Assembly (NCBI GenBank): GCA_964397155.1
Contig: CAYNHB010000001.1
Location: forward strand, 2,093-66,092
From: an uncultured Candidatus Saccharibacteria bacterium
Lineage (GTDB): Bacteria; Patescibacteriota; Minisyncoccia; Minisyncoccales; Staskawiczbacteraceae
Direction of reading: 5' to 3'
Length of the DNA: 64,000 bases
In this document: piece by piece, positions 55,473-64,000 of the stretch
Position numbering within the stretch: position 1 is the first letter of the stretch
How the letters are laid out: every line of letters begins with the position of its first letter
Program-made: the position numbers and the translations under genes
The notes under the pieces: model-generated
What the model was told of the DNA's origin: nothing
The model's database searches: none
Seen by the model: only the letters and a program-made list of their open reading frames with translations

Positions 55473-56990
55473 ATGAAACTTTTAGAATTAATTTCAAAGT
55501 ATAAAAAAATCATAATATATAGTATTCTATTCTTTATAGCCGTATTCTTATTTGACAAAATTTTGGCAGTTGCCCTTATTTTTATTGGAATTTTAACGGC
55601 AACTACTTTTTTAATACTTAAAGAAACAGGTTTTAAAAATAAAACAATATATATACTTTTTTTAATTGCTCTTTTGGTTCATATTGGAATGGTTTTTTTC
55701 ATTTATTACGCCAATTTCCAGCCGTTTAGCGGAGGCGCTGGAGATTATTTAGAATATGATGTTATGGCTCAACAGATATCAGAAAGGATTAAACAAGGAA
55801 ATTTTTCTTTACAGGGGATTGAATATGGGCATTTTTATCCGGTGATAGTTGCATATATTTATACTCTAATATCACCCCAAGCATTTATCGGTCAGATGTT
55901 TAATGCTTGGCTGGTTGCCCTTTTGGTTATTTTTGTTTATTTGATAGTTCTGGAAATTGGTGGTTCGGAAAAACAAGCTTTCTTCGCGGGGTTAATGGTA
56001 AGCATTTATCCGAGTTTGCTTTTTTTCGGAAGTTTGCTGTTGAAAGATGCATTAGTTGTTTTATTGTGTTCAATCGCGTTGTTTTTGATTTTGAAAGTCC
56101 TCAAAGCCTTTTCTTGGCTTAAGTTTTTAATTTTATATATATTTTTAGGCAGTTTGATACACTTTCGTATTTATATCGGTTTTTCTGCCATTATTGCTTT
56201 TGTTGTTAGTTGGTTCCTATTTTCAAATTTAAAAATAAAGAAAAGAGTAATTCATGGGATTTTATTTATTTTTCTTCTTGGCTTTTTAACTGTTTTTTCT
56301 GGCGGGCAATCTGCTGGACAAGGATACTATGGAACAGATGTTTTAAAAGTCCTTCTTAATCCTAAAACAATTACTCAATACAGAGAGCTTTTTTCCATTT
56401 CCAATCCTAAAGTTTCTCCAGTTACTGGATATGCCGTAGAGGAAGAACATATATTTCTACAGGATACTGAAACTCCTGTAGATACTGAAACTCCTGTAGA
56501 TACTAATCCTGTAGATACTGAAACTAAGCCCTCTGGTTTTACCGATAATCCCATCACAAAAAGGGGGAGGGGGTCTAATGTAATGGTGAAGACCGGATTT
56601 GAAAATCCTTTTACATTTTTAAAAAATTCTTTGATTGCTTTTCTCTACGTTTTATTGGGTCCCCTTCCTTGGCAGATGAGATACTTAAGACACATTTTGT
56701 TTTTACCCGAATTAATTCTTTGGTATTCTGCGCTCTTTTTTGCCATAAAAGGAACAATAAAAAGAATAAGAGACCCCATAAGGTCATATAATTTTACCTT
56801 GCTTATTTTTAGCTTGGTAGTGTTTAGTGCGCTTTCTCTTTATATTTGTAATTTTGGCATAACAACTAGAATCAGAATGCCGGCTTTTATAGCTATTTTC
56901 TGTTTAGCGCCTTTTGGAATTAATTGGGCTTCAAATAATAAAATAATTAGGTTTTTTTCGAAAAGCCTAGACGCTCTGACAAATTTATAG
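55473..56990 (+). CDS. Multi-TM GT-C-like membrane protein (candidate Wzy polymerase)
   Basis: GD...YD..A, YPS......LLKD, PLPW, N.G...R.R; about 12 TM. Confidence 0.6.
   Translation: MKLLELISKYKKIIIYSILFFIAVFLFDKILAVALIFIGILTATTFLILKETGFKNKTIYILFLIALLVHIGMVFFIYYANFQPFSGGAGDYLEYDVMAQQISERIKQGNFSLQGIEYGHFYPVIVAYIYTLISPQAFIGQMFNAWLVALLVIFVYLIVLEIGGSEKQAFFAGLMVSIYPSLLFFGSLLLKDALVVLLCSIALFLILKVLKAFSWLKFLILYIFLGSLIHFRIYIGFSAIIAFVVSWFLFSNLKIKKRVIHGILFIFLLGFLTVFSGGQSAGQGYYGTDVLKVLLNPKTITQYRELFSISNPKVSPVTGYAVEEEHIFLQDTETPVDTETPVDTNPVDTETKPSGFTDNPITKRGRGSNVMVKTGFENPFTFLKNSLIAFLYVLLGPLPWQMRYLRHILFLPELILWYSALFFAIKGTIKRIRDPIRSYNFTLLIFSLVVFSALSLYICNFGITTRIRMPAFIAIFCLAPFGINWASNNKIIRFFSKSLDALTNL
56463..56525 (+). 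repeat. In-frame 18-bp tandem repeat encoding DTETPV
   Basis: GATACTGAAACTCCTGTA x2, then GATACTAATCCTGTA and GATACTGAAACT. Confidence 0.9.
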
Positions 56991-57068
56991 AAATCACTAG
57001 CGTAATTTATATAATTAATCACTCGGTCGAAATAAAAATAAATTTTTATTTCTCCCTCGTTCATAATT

Positions 57069-57995
57069 ATGAAATATTTAGTTACTGGTGGAGCCGGATT
57101 TATCGGTGGCCACTTGGTGGATAGGTTAATAGGGAAAAATCATAAAGTAATAGTTGTTGACAATCTTTCAACTGGCAGAAAAGAAAATTTAAATTCTAAG
57201 GCAGAATTTCATCAGCTGGATATTTGTGATTTCGAGAAAATTAAACCCATCTTTCGGGGCGTTGATTACGTTTTTCATTTAGCTGCCATACCAAGAGTTC
57301 CTCTTTCAATTGAAGATCCTGTTTTAACCTCAAAGGTAAATATTTTAGGAACAGTCAATGTTTTTAAATCAGCAGTCGACCAAGGTTGCAAAAGAGTTGT
57401 TTTTGCCTCCTCTTCCTCTATATATGGAGAACAAAATAAATTGCCCCTTGAAGAAAAAATGGAGCCAAATCCACTGAGCCCATATGGTTTGCAAAAATTG
57501 GTCGGAGAGCAGATGGCTAAAATGTTTCTCAGTCTTTATAATCTTCCCATAGTTTCGCTCAGGTATTTTAATGTTTATGGCCCTAGAATTGATTTTAATT
57601 CAGATTACAGCTTGGTTCTCGGCAAATTTCTGCGCTTGAAATCACAAGGGAAACCTATGACAATTTTCGGCGATGGCGAGCAAACAAGAGCATTTTGTTT
57701 TATTGAAGATGTTGTCGAAGCCAATATTAAAGCTATGGAAAGTAAAAAAGCAAAAGGCGGAGAAGTTATTAATGTCGGCCAAGAAAAGTCCTATTCTATT
57801 AATTATTTAAGCCAGCTAATTGGTGGAGAAGCCCAATATCTGCCTCCGAGGCCCGGCGATCCCCTTCACACCCAAGCTGATATTTCTTTAGCTAAAAATC
57901 TGCTTTTGTGGGAGCCAAAAGTTAATTTTAAAGAAGGAGTTGAAATTACAAAGCAATGGTTTCAAAAAAATTATAAACCAAAAAATGGAAAATAA
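57069..57995 (+). CDS. NAD-dependent epimerase (UDP-glucose/GlcNAc 4-epimerase-like)
   Basis: TGGAGFIG, ASSSSIYG, SPYGLQK, LRYFNVYGPR, FGDGEQTR. Confidence 0.9.
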   Translation: MKYLVTGGAGFIGGHLVDRLIGKNHKVIVVDNLSTGRKENLNSKAEFHQLDICDFEKIKPIFRGVDYVFHLAAIPRVPLSIEDPVLTSKVNILGTVNVFKSAVDQGCKRVVFASSSSIYGEQNKLPLEEKMEPNPLSPYGLQKLVGEQMAKMFLSLYNLPIVSLRYFNVYGPRIDFNSDYSLVLGKFLRLKSQGKPMTIFGDGEQTRAFCFIEDVVEANIKAMESKKAKGGEVINVGQEKSYSINYLSQLIGGEAQYLPPRPGDPLHTQADISLAKNLLLWEPKVNFKEGVEITKQWFQKNYKPKNGK

Positions 57996-58725
57996 TAACC
58001 AGAAAATAGGTATATTGGGCTATGGTGAAATAGGCCAGGCAATAGCCAAATTTTATCAGAATCCTAAAATTAAAGACCTCAAAAGAGACGACGGTCTCGC
58101 GGGTGTAGATATTTTAAATATTTGTATCCCTTATTCGGATAATTTTATTGAAATTGTTGTAAAAGAAATAGAAGAAGCAAAACCAAAATTAACCATTATT
58201 CATTCTACAATCGCCCCCAAAACCACTAAAAACATATCTCAAAAATTTAATGGCATGGTGGTTCATAGCCCAGTTAGGGGAGTGCACCCAAATCTTTATG
58301 AAGGGATTAAGGTTTTTGTCAAATATATTGGGGCTGAAAACGAAAAGGCAGGCCAAATGGCCCAAGATCATCTTGTAGCTTTAGGAATTAATTCAAAGGT
58401 TTTCTGTCCCGCAGTTACTACTGAAATAGGTAAGATTCTAGATACTACCTATTATGGTGTTTGTATTGCATGGCATGGGGAGATGAAAAAAGTTTGCGAT
58501 AAATTTGGTATTGATTTTGAAAAATCAGTGGCCGATTTTAATAAAACTTACAACGAGGGTTATGCAAAACTTGGGATGGGGAATGTGGTGAGGCCGGTTC
58601 TTTATCCGGTAAAGGATTTTATCGGCGGACACTGTATCCTTCCCAATGCAGAGATTCTTAAAAAATATTTTGACAGTTTGGCCATTGATTTAATTTTGAA
58701 ATATCGAAGGAAAAATGAAAATTAA
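57985..58725 (+). CDS. Short UDP-glucose/GDP-mannose dehydrogenase-family protein
   Basis: GILGYGEIG, IHST..P.TT, HSP.RG, E..K, IGGHC; lacks the C-terminal UDP-binding domain. Confidence 0.7.
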   Translation: MENNNQKIGILGYGEIGQAIAKFYQNPKIKDLKRDDGLAGVDILNICIPYSDNFIEIVVKEIEEAKPKLTIIHSTIAPKTTKNISQKFNGMVVHSPVRGVHPNLYEGIKVFVKYIGAENEKAGQMAQDHLVALGINSKVFCPAVTTEIGKILDTTYYGVCIAWHGEMKKVCDKFGIDFEKSVADFNKTYNEGYAKLGMGNVVRPVLYPVKDFIGGHCILPNAEILKKYFDSLAIDLILKYRRKNEN

Positions 58726-60007
58726 AGAGCTGTCAAATCTTTTTTTTAAAAATTCAGGGATTAGACAAACTCTTTTTAAAAATGCTTTTTGGCTTGCCGT
58801 AGCAGAATTTTTTAGCAGAGGAATTTATCTTCTGGTTTTTATTTGGTTGGCTCGCTACTTAGGTCCAGAAACTTACGGTAAGTGGAGTTTTGCTTTGAAT
58901 TTCGTAAGTTTTTTCGCAGTATTTGTTGATTTTGGTTTTACTACATTAGTTATTAGAGAGCTTGCTAGAGACAAGGAGAAATCTTCTAAATACATCGGCA
59001 ATATTTTGACGATGAAATTGATTTTAAGTTTGATAGTAACGGCACTAACCGCATCAATAATTAGATTTTTAAGCAAAGATCCAGTGGTCATAAATTTAAT
59101 TTATTTTTTAAGTCTTTACATTATAATAAACAATTTTGGAGTACTTCTTCAGGCAATTTTCAGAGCTTATGAAAAAATGGAATATGAGGCTATTTGTAGA
59201 ATAGCCCAAAGTTTAAGCTTGCTAATTTTAGCAACCTTTTTTATTTTAAACAATAGTACAGTTTTGACTATTTCTGTTCTGTATTTAATTGCAAGTCTAA
59301 TAGGGGTTGCTTTTTCGCTGTTTTTTCTTAAAAGGTATTTTTTTAAGACGTCTCTTAAAGCAGATTTAGAGACGTGGAAAGAAATTATTAAAAAAGTTTG
59401 GCCATTTCTGTTTTCTGGTATTTTCTATATGATGTATTTTGTAATGGGTCCAGTAATGTTGGGAATATTTTCTAGTATGGAAGAGGTAGGATATTATAAC
59501 GCTGCCTATAACTTGTTTATTGCAGCTTTCATTATTCCAAGCATTATTACTGTGAGTTTTTTCCCTAAAATCTCATATTTTTATGAGAAAAATAAAGTAG
59601 GGCTTAAAAAGATATTTTCTAATTATAGGTTAGTCATGCTTGTTACTGGTTTATTGTTAAGCATTGGCTTGTTTTTCTTATCGGATTTATTCTTAATTAA
59701 AATTTATTCAGTTGATTATTTACCATCGGTTTTTCTTTTGAAAATATTATCTTTTATCATATTATTCAAATCTTTATCTTATGTTTATAATTGGTTTTTG
59801 TTCAGTTCAGATGAACCAAAAAAAGTTCTGGTGACTAGCGGATTTGCAGCCTTGCTGAATGTTATTCTTAATTATTTTCTTATTATTAAATATAACGCTA
59901 TGGGAGCAGCGATTGCTGTAGTTATTACGGAATTGTTTTTGTTGGCACTTTACTATATATATTTTAAAATAAAATGGCATAAAATTTATGGCACAGATAA
60001 GACATAA
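58715..60007 (+). CDS. wzx: Second Wzx-type flippase
   Basis: KNAFWL, LARYLGPE.YG, DFG....IRELA, VGYYNAA, LN..LI..Y...GAAIA. Confidence 0.88.
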   Translation: MKIKELSNLFFKNSGIRQTLFKNAFWLAVAEFFSRGIYLLVFIWLARYLGPETYGKWSFALNFVSFFAVFVDFGFTTLVIRELARDKEKSSKYIGNILTMKLILSLIVTALTASIIRFLSKDPVVINLIYFLSLYIIINNFGVLLQAIFRAYEKMEYEAICRIAQSLSLLILATFFILNNSTVLTISVLYLIASLIGVAFSLFFLKRYFFKTSLKADLETWKEIIKKVWPFLFSGIFYMMYFVMGPVMLGIFSSMEEVGYYNAAYNLFIAAFIIPSIITVSFFPKISYFYEKNKVGLKKIFSNYRLVMLVTGLLLSIGLFFLSDLFLIKIYSVDYLPSVFLLKILSFIILFKSLSYVYNWFLFSSDEPKKVLVTSGFAALLNVILNYFLIIKYNAMGAAIAVVITELFLLALYYIYFKIKWHKIYGTDKT

Positions 60008-62024
60008 CATCTTGGTTTCAGTCATTATTTCTACTTTTAATGGAGAAAAATATATAAAAAGAGCGATTGAAAGTGTACTAAGCCAGACATATGGGAACAT
60101 AGAATTAATTATAATAGACGATTGTTCAACAGATAATACATCAGAAATAATTTTTGGATATAGTAGAAAAGATTCGCGGATTGTAATTTTAAAAAACGAA
60201 ACCAATATTGGCTCTTACAAAAGTTTGAATAAGGCTATCAGAATATCTAGGGGAAAGTACATCGCTAATTTAGACGATGATGACATTTGGCGCGATTCTC
60301 AAAAAATAGAAAAACAAACAGAATTTCTGGAAAAACACAACGACTACGGCTTAGTTGGAGGAGGTATGATAAAGATAGATATAAAAAATAATGAGATTGG
60401 AAGATATTTATTTCCAGAACATGATAAAGATATTAGAAAATCAATACTTAAAAATAATTTATTTTCTCATAGCGCAGTTCTTTTTAGAAAAGATGCTTGG
60501 GAAGAAGTTGGGGGATACAATGAATTGTTCGGTTATTCAGCAGATATAGATTTATGGTTAAAAATTGGTAAGAAATATAAATTTTATAATTTCCAAGATT
60601 ATTTTATTTATTATTTAGACAAAGAAAACAGCGGTAGTTACTTTTCGCGAAAGAATAGTTATCGGAGAAAGGTATGGCTTAATATAAAGATGATAAAGCA
60701 ATATAAAAATGATTATCCTGGTTGCAAAAAGGCCGTTTTACTTTGCTGGGCCAGCTATTTCTATTCCTTTGTGCCTTATAGGCAAAAGATGCGTCCAATA
60801 TTGAATAAATTAAGAGCTCTAATTTTTGGCCAGCCGTCATATAAAATAGTTAGTAGAACAACCGGAAAAATTAAAGTTTGTTGTGTTGCCAGTGTTGATA
60901 TTACCTTGAAGTTTATGCTTTTGAATCAGCTGAAATTTTTGCAGAGCCATGGATACGATGTTTCAGCTGTTTGTTCTCCGGGCAAATGGGTAAAAGATAT
61001 TGAAAGCACAGGTATTAAAGTAAAAACTATAAGATTCAAAAGAAGATTATTTTCTCCTCGTTCCGACATTTCTGCTTTTTTTCAATTATTTTTTTATTTT
61101 AGAAAAGAAAAATTTCAGATTGTTCATACTCATACTCCAAAGCCGGAAATTTATGGTCAAATAGCTGCTAAATTAGCAGGAGTCCCTATTATTATTGATG
61201 GGTTGCATGGATTTGACCTTTCTCCGGACGTTCCATGGTTTTTTGCAAAATTGTTTATTTTGTTAGAAAGACTTGCAGCTAGGTGTTCGGATGTTATTTT
61301 TTCTGTAAGTAAGGATGTAATAAAAAGAGCGACTGAAGCAAGAATTTGCAAGCCAGATCTTTTAAAATATTTAGGCAGAGATATTGATACAAATAGATTT
61401 AATCCCGAAAGATTTTCTGAAGAGTTTATTTTGAATAAAAAAAAGGAACTTGGGATTGATCCCAACAAGAGAGTCATTGGGATTGTGGCAAGATTGGTTG
61501 AAGAAAAAGGATATATAGAAATTTTTAAAGCATTTAAAAATATCCTTGATAAATTTCCTAATACATTGCTTTTGTCAGTTGGTCCCAGGGAGCCCGAGAA
61601 AAAAGATAGGATAAACATTAAAACTGCTAAAAAATATAATATAGAAAAAAATGTTATATTTTTAGGAGAAAGAATAGACGTTGAGGAAATTTATCCTTTA
61701 ATGGATGTATTTATTTTGCCTACTCATAGGGAAGGGATTGGAGCATCAATTTTAGAGGCCTCATCAATGGAAAAACCAGTAATAGTTAGTAATATTGGAG
61801 GTTGTCCAGAAGCAGTTGAGGATAAAAAAACAGGTATTTTAACTCCAGTTAAAAGCACAAAAGAAATAACAGAAGCTATTATTTATTTATTTGATAATCC
61901 TCAAATAGCAAAAAAAATGGGAGAAGAAGGCCGGAAAAAAATTATCAGAGAATTTGACCAGCAATTAGTTTTTGATAGGCTTAAAACGGAGTATCAACGC
62001 CTTATTAAAGAAAAATTAAAATGA
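59988..62024 (+). CDS. GT2-GT4 fusion glycosyltransferase
   Basis: N-half IIDDCSTD, LDDDD; C-half HTHTPK, VARLVEEKG, PTHREG....LEA. Confidence 0.88.
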   Translation: MAQIRHNILVSVIISTFNGEKYIKRAIESVLSQTYGNIELIIIDDCSTDNTSEIIFGYSRKDSRIVILKNETNIGSYKSLNKAIRISRGKYIANLDDDDIWRDSQKIEKQTEFLEKHNDYGLVGGGMIKIDIKNNEIGRYLFPEHDKDIRKSILKNNLFSHSAVLFRKDAWEEVGGYNELFGYSADIDLWLKIGKKYKFYNFQDYFIYYLDKENSGSYFSRKNSYRRKVWLNIKMIKQYKNDYPGCKKAVLLCWASYFYSFVPYRQKMRPILNKLRALIFGQPSYKIVSRTTGKIKVCCVASVDITLKFMLLNQLKFLQSHGYDVSAVCSPGKWVKDIESTGIKVKTIRFKRRLFSPRSDISAFFQLFFYFRKEKFQIVHTHTPKPEIYGQIAAKLAGVPIIIDGLHGFDLSPDVPWFFAKLFILLERLAARCSDVIFSVSKDVIKRATEARICKPDLLKYLGRDIDTNRFNPERFSEEFILNKKKELGIDPNKRVIGIVARLVEEKGYIEIFKAFKNILDKFPNTLLLSVGPREPEKKDRINIKTAKKYNIEKNVIFLGERIDVEEIYPLMDVFILPTHREGIGASILEASSMEKPVIVSNIGGCPEAVEDKKTGILTPVKSTKEITEAIIYLFDNPQIAKKMGEEGRKKIIREFDQQLVFDRLKTEYQRLIKEKLK

Positions 62025-62656
62025 GATTTCAAGGATTAATTAAAAAAATTATTGATTTCACTATATCCTTAACCACATTAATTCTGCTAAGTCCGCTTTT
62101 TATCTTTATAGTTATTTTAATAAAATTAGATTCAAAAGGGTCAGTGTTTTTTAGACAAGAAAGATTGGGCAAGAATGGAAAGATGTTCAAAATTTGGAAA
62201 TTCAGAACAATGATAGAAAACGCAGAGAATATTGGATTGGGACTGGCTTCTGCGGAAAATGATCCTCGGGTGACGAAAGTCGGTAAGTTCTTAAGAGAAT
62301 CGACGTTTGATGAATGGCCACAATTGATTAATATAATAAAAGGAGAGATGAGCTTAGTCGGACCAAGACCATTGCCCAAGTATTCAAATCAAGACGAATT
62401 TTTAAACGAATTATGGCAGAAAAGATTATCAATAAAGCCTGGTTTGATTTGCTTAGTAGACATTAAGGGGAGGGGTTCCGTATCATGGGAAAAAAGACTA
62501 GAATACGATATCTGGTATATTGATAACCAGTCTTTATGGATAGACCTTAAAATATTGTTTTTTGGGTTTTTTGCTGTTCTTTCTCAAAAAGGAGTTTATG
62601 GCAAAGACGGGGTTAATCTTCCTCCGCCAACAAGCAAAAAAGATAAAGAAAAATAA
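62021..62656 (+). CDS. Priming phosphoglycosyl transferase (PglC/WcaJ-type)
   Basis: FFRQERLG..GK.F...KFRTM, DPRVTKVG, DE.PQL.N..KGEMSLVGPRP. Confidence 0.92.
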   Translation: MRFQGLIKKIIDFTISLTTLILLSPLFIFIVILIKLDSKGSVFFRQERLGKNGKMFKIWKFRTMIENAENIGLGLASAENDPRVTKVGKFLRESTFDEWPQLINIIKGEMSLVGPRPLPKYSNQDEFLNELWQKRLSIKPGLICLVDIKGRGSVSWEKRLEYDIWYIDNQSLWIDLKILFFGFFAVLSQKGVYGKDGVNLPPPTSKKDKEK

Positions 62657-62668
62657 GATAAATAAAAA

Positions 62669-63385
62669 ATGATTATTTCCGCGCATCAATCAGAATGTCT
62701 TCCATATCTCGGTTTTTTTTACAAAATGGTTAAGGCTGATAAATTTATCTTAGTTGACCATGTTCAGTATTTCCATGGAAGTTTTCAGAATAGAAATAAG
62801 ATTAGAACTAATTCTACTTCTGAGGGTTGGCTTTGGCTTACAGTGCCAGTTATTACTAAAGGCAAGTTAGGTCAAAAGATAAACGAGGTAAAAATAGATA
62901 ATTCTACTCCTTGGGCAAGACAGCACTGGAAAACTATCTATTTTAATTATAGAAAGACCCCATTTTTTGATACTTACAGTAATTTTTTCAAAGAAATGTA
63001 TTCTAAAAAATGGGAGAAACTGGCTGATTTTAATGAAAGCATTATCTATTATTTAAAAGAAAAATTAGAGATTAAAACACCTATTATTAAAAGTTCTGAC
63101 TATGATTTTAAAGGACATAAAACTGATTTGATAGTTGAATTATGCCAAAAATTCGGGGCAGATACCTATTTGTCGGGCCCTGGTTTGACGGCTGAAGGAA
63201 GGGAGCATTATATAGACGAAGAAAAGCTGAAAAAAAATAATATAAAGCTTATTTATTCAAAATTTAAGCACCCGGTTTATCCTCAAAGGTTCAAGCCGTT
63301 TTTAGAAAAAATGTCTGCAATTGATTTATTGTTTAACTGCGGTCCGGAAAGTTTGGAAATTATTAATTCTAGCGATAAAAAATAA
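62669..63385 (+). CDS. Second WbqC-family protein
   Basis: HQ...LPY.GFF.K, FQNRNKI, WLTVPV, YLSG, YPQ, S.IDLLFNCG. Confidence 0.9.
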   Translation: MIISAHQSECLPYLGFFYKMVKADKFILVDHVQYFHGSFQNRNKIRTNSTSEGWLWLTVPVITKGKLGQKINEVKIDNSTPWARQHWKTIYFNYRKTPFFDTYSNFFKEMYSKKWEKLADFNESIIYYLKEKLEIKTPIIKSSDYDFKGHKTDLIVELCQKFGADTYLSGPGLTAEGREHYIDEEKLKKNNIKLIYSKFKHPVYPQRFKPFLEKMSAIDLLFNCGPESLEIINSSDKK

Positions 63386-63401
63386 TCCAAATTTTTAATT
63401 T

Positions 63402-63725
63402 ATGGATATAATATATTTTTTAATTATTATTTTTCTTATTGGCTTTGCCTTATTTTTATTTTTAAAAAATAGGGAGCTAGAAAATAAAAATAAGAATAAT
63501 AAGTTTTTAGATTATCGGCTTCAAAGAGAGGAGAAAAAACAACAAAACAAAAGACAAATTATAGAAATACTTGAAAAGAAGGGAAGAATAACAAACCAAG
63601 AAGTTGAAAAAGCGCTTAAGGTTTCCGACGCTACTGCCACCCGCTATTTAGACGAGCTGGAAAAAGAAGGTCGGGTCATCCAAAAAGGTGAGGCAAAAGG
63701 GACCTATTATGTGAAAAAACAATAG
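63402..63725 (+). CDS. Small membrane-anchored winged-helix protein (paralog of 746-1063)
   Basis: N-terminal TM; ITNQEVEKALKVSDATATRYLDELEKEGRVIQ. Confidence 0.8.
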   Translation: MDIIYFLIIIFLIGFALFLFLKNRELENKNKNNKFLDYRLQREEKKQQNKRQIIEILEKKGRITNQEVEKALKVSDATATRYLDELEKEGRVIQKGEAKGTYYVKKQ

Positions 63726-63740
63726 AAGAGTAAGAAAAAG

Positions 63741-63770
63741 TACGGCTCATACGGTGTGAGCCGTATTTTT
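63741..63770 (+). terminator. Intrinsic terminator
   Basis: TACGGCTCATAC-G-GTGTGAGCCGTA followed by TTTTT. Confidence 0.7.
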
Positions 63771-63811
63771 GGCCCATTGATTTAAGGAAAAAATCTGATA
63801 GTATAAAAATA

Positions 63812-64000
63812 ATGAAAATATTAGTGATAGCTCCGCATCCGGATGACGAAGTATTGGGCTGTGGGGGAACAATAAAAAAATATACGCAAAAAGGAGACGA
63901 GGTTTTTTTGTGTATCGTAACAAAGGCCTATACTCCTGATTGGTCAGAGGATTTTATTAAAGAAAGAAAAAAGGAAATAGATTGTGCCTCAGAATCTTTA
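63812..64000 (+). CDS. PIG-L/LmbE-family deacetylase, 3'-truncated, absent from the ORF track
   Basis: ATG 63812 gives MKILVIAPHPDDEVLGCGGTI with the HPDDE motif. Confidence 0.9.
   Translation, partial: MKILVIAPHPDDEVLGCGGTIKKYTQKGDEVFLCIVTKAYTPDWSEDFIKERKKEIDCASESL

Noticed and set aside
56463-56525. CRISPR array
   Set aside because: Short in-frame repeats with no spacers and no cas genes; no array was seen anywhere in the window.
57028-57052. Inverted repeat GAAATAAAAAT-AA-ATTTTTATTTC
   Set aside because: Nearly all A/T, so expected by chance; at most a weak pause or terminator.
718-62379. Many short overlapping ORFs in the six-frame track (e.g. 4429-4788, 32997-33434, 51112-51525, 61157-61618)
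   Set aside because: They are antisense or out-of-frame shadows of well-supported genes and lack motifs of their own.

Overview
AT-rich bacterial window, standard genetic code. AT-rich near-leaderless starts, membrane-anchored wHTH proteins and an O-ligase-TPR gene suggest Patescibacteria/CPR (Parcubacteria-like), but this is inference because no marker gene is present. Most of the window (about 5-64 kb) is one very large surface-glycan locus. It carries pseudaminic-acid-type genes with an ACP/FkbH/AAC(3)/DUF4910 acylation module, a glycerophosphotransferase module, CDP-glucose and ADP-heptose genes, two flippases, several glycosyltransferases, six conventional SAM methyltransferases and five cobalamin-dependent radical SAM enzymes. 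Two candidate systems stand out. (1) A cobalamin-riboswitch-controlled operon (11.9-15.5 kb) encodes a secreted transcobalamin-like protein, an Ig-like anchor, a DUF4430 protein and a BtuM-like S-component. It looks like a B12-scavenging unit beside the B12-dependent enzymes, with MTAP and Apt nearby to recycle radical-SAM by-products. (2) A DUF3800 gene lies tail-to-tail with a self-contained ~105-nt structured RNA that has its own promoter and terminator. Also seen: a BldC/Xis-like regulator with 10-bp-phased direct repeats, an amber-interrupted GlpT-like transporter, a gmhA remnant and two GC-rich antisense Nudix genes. All family calls are by-eye motif recognition; no searches were run.
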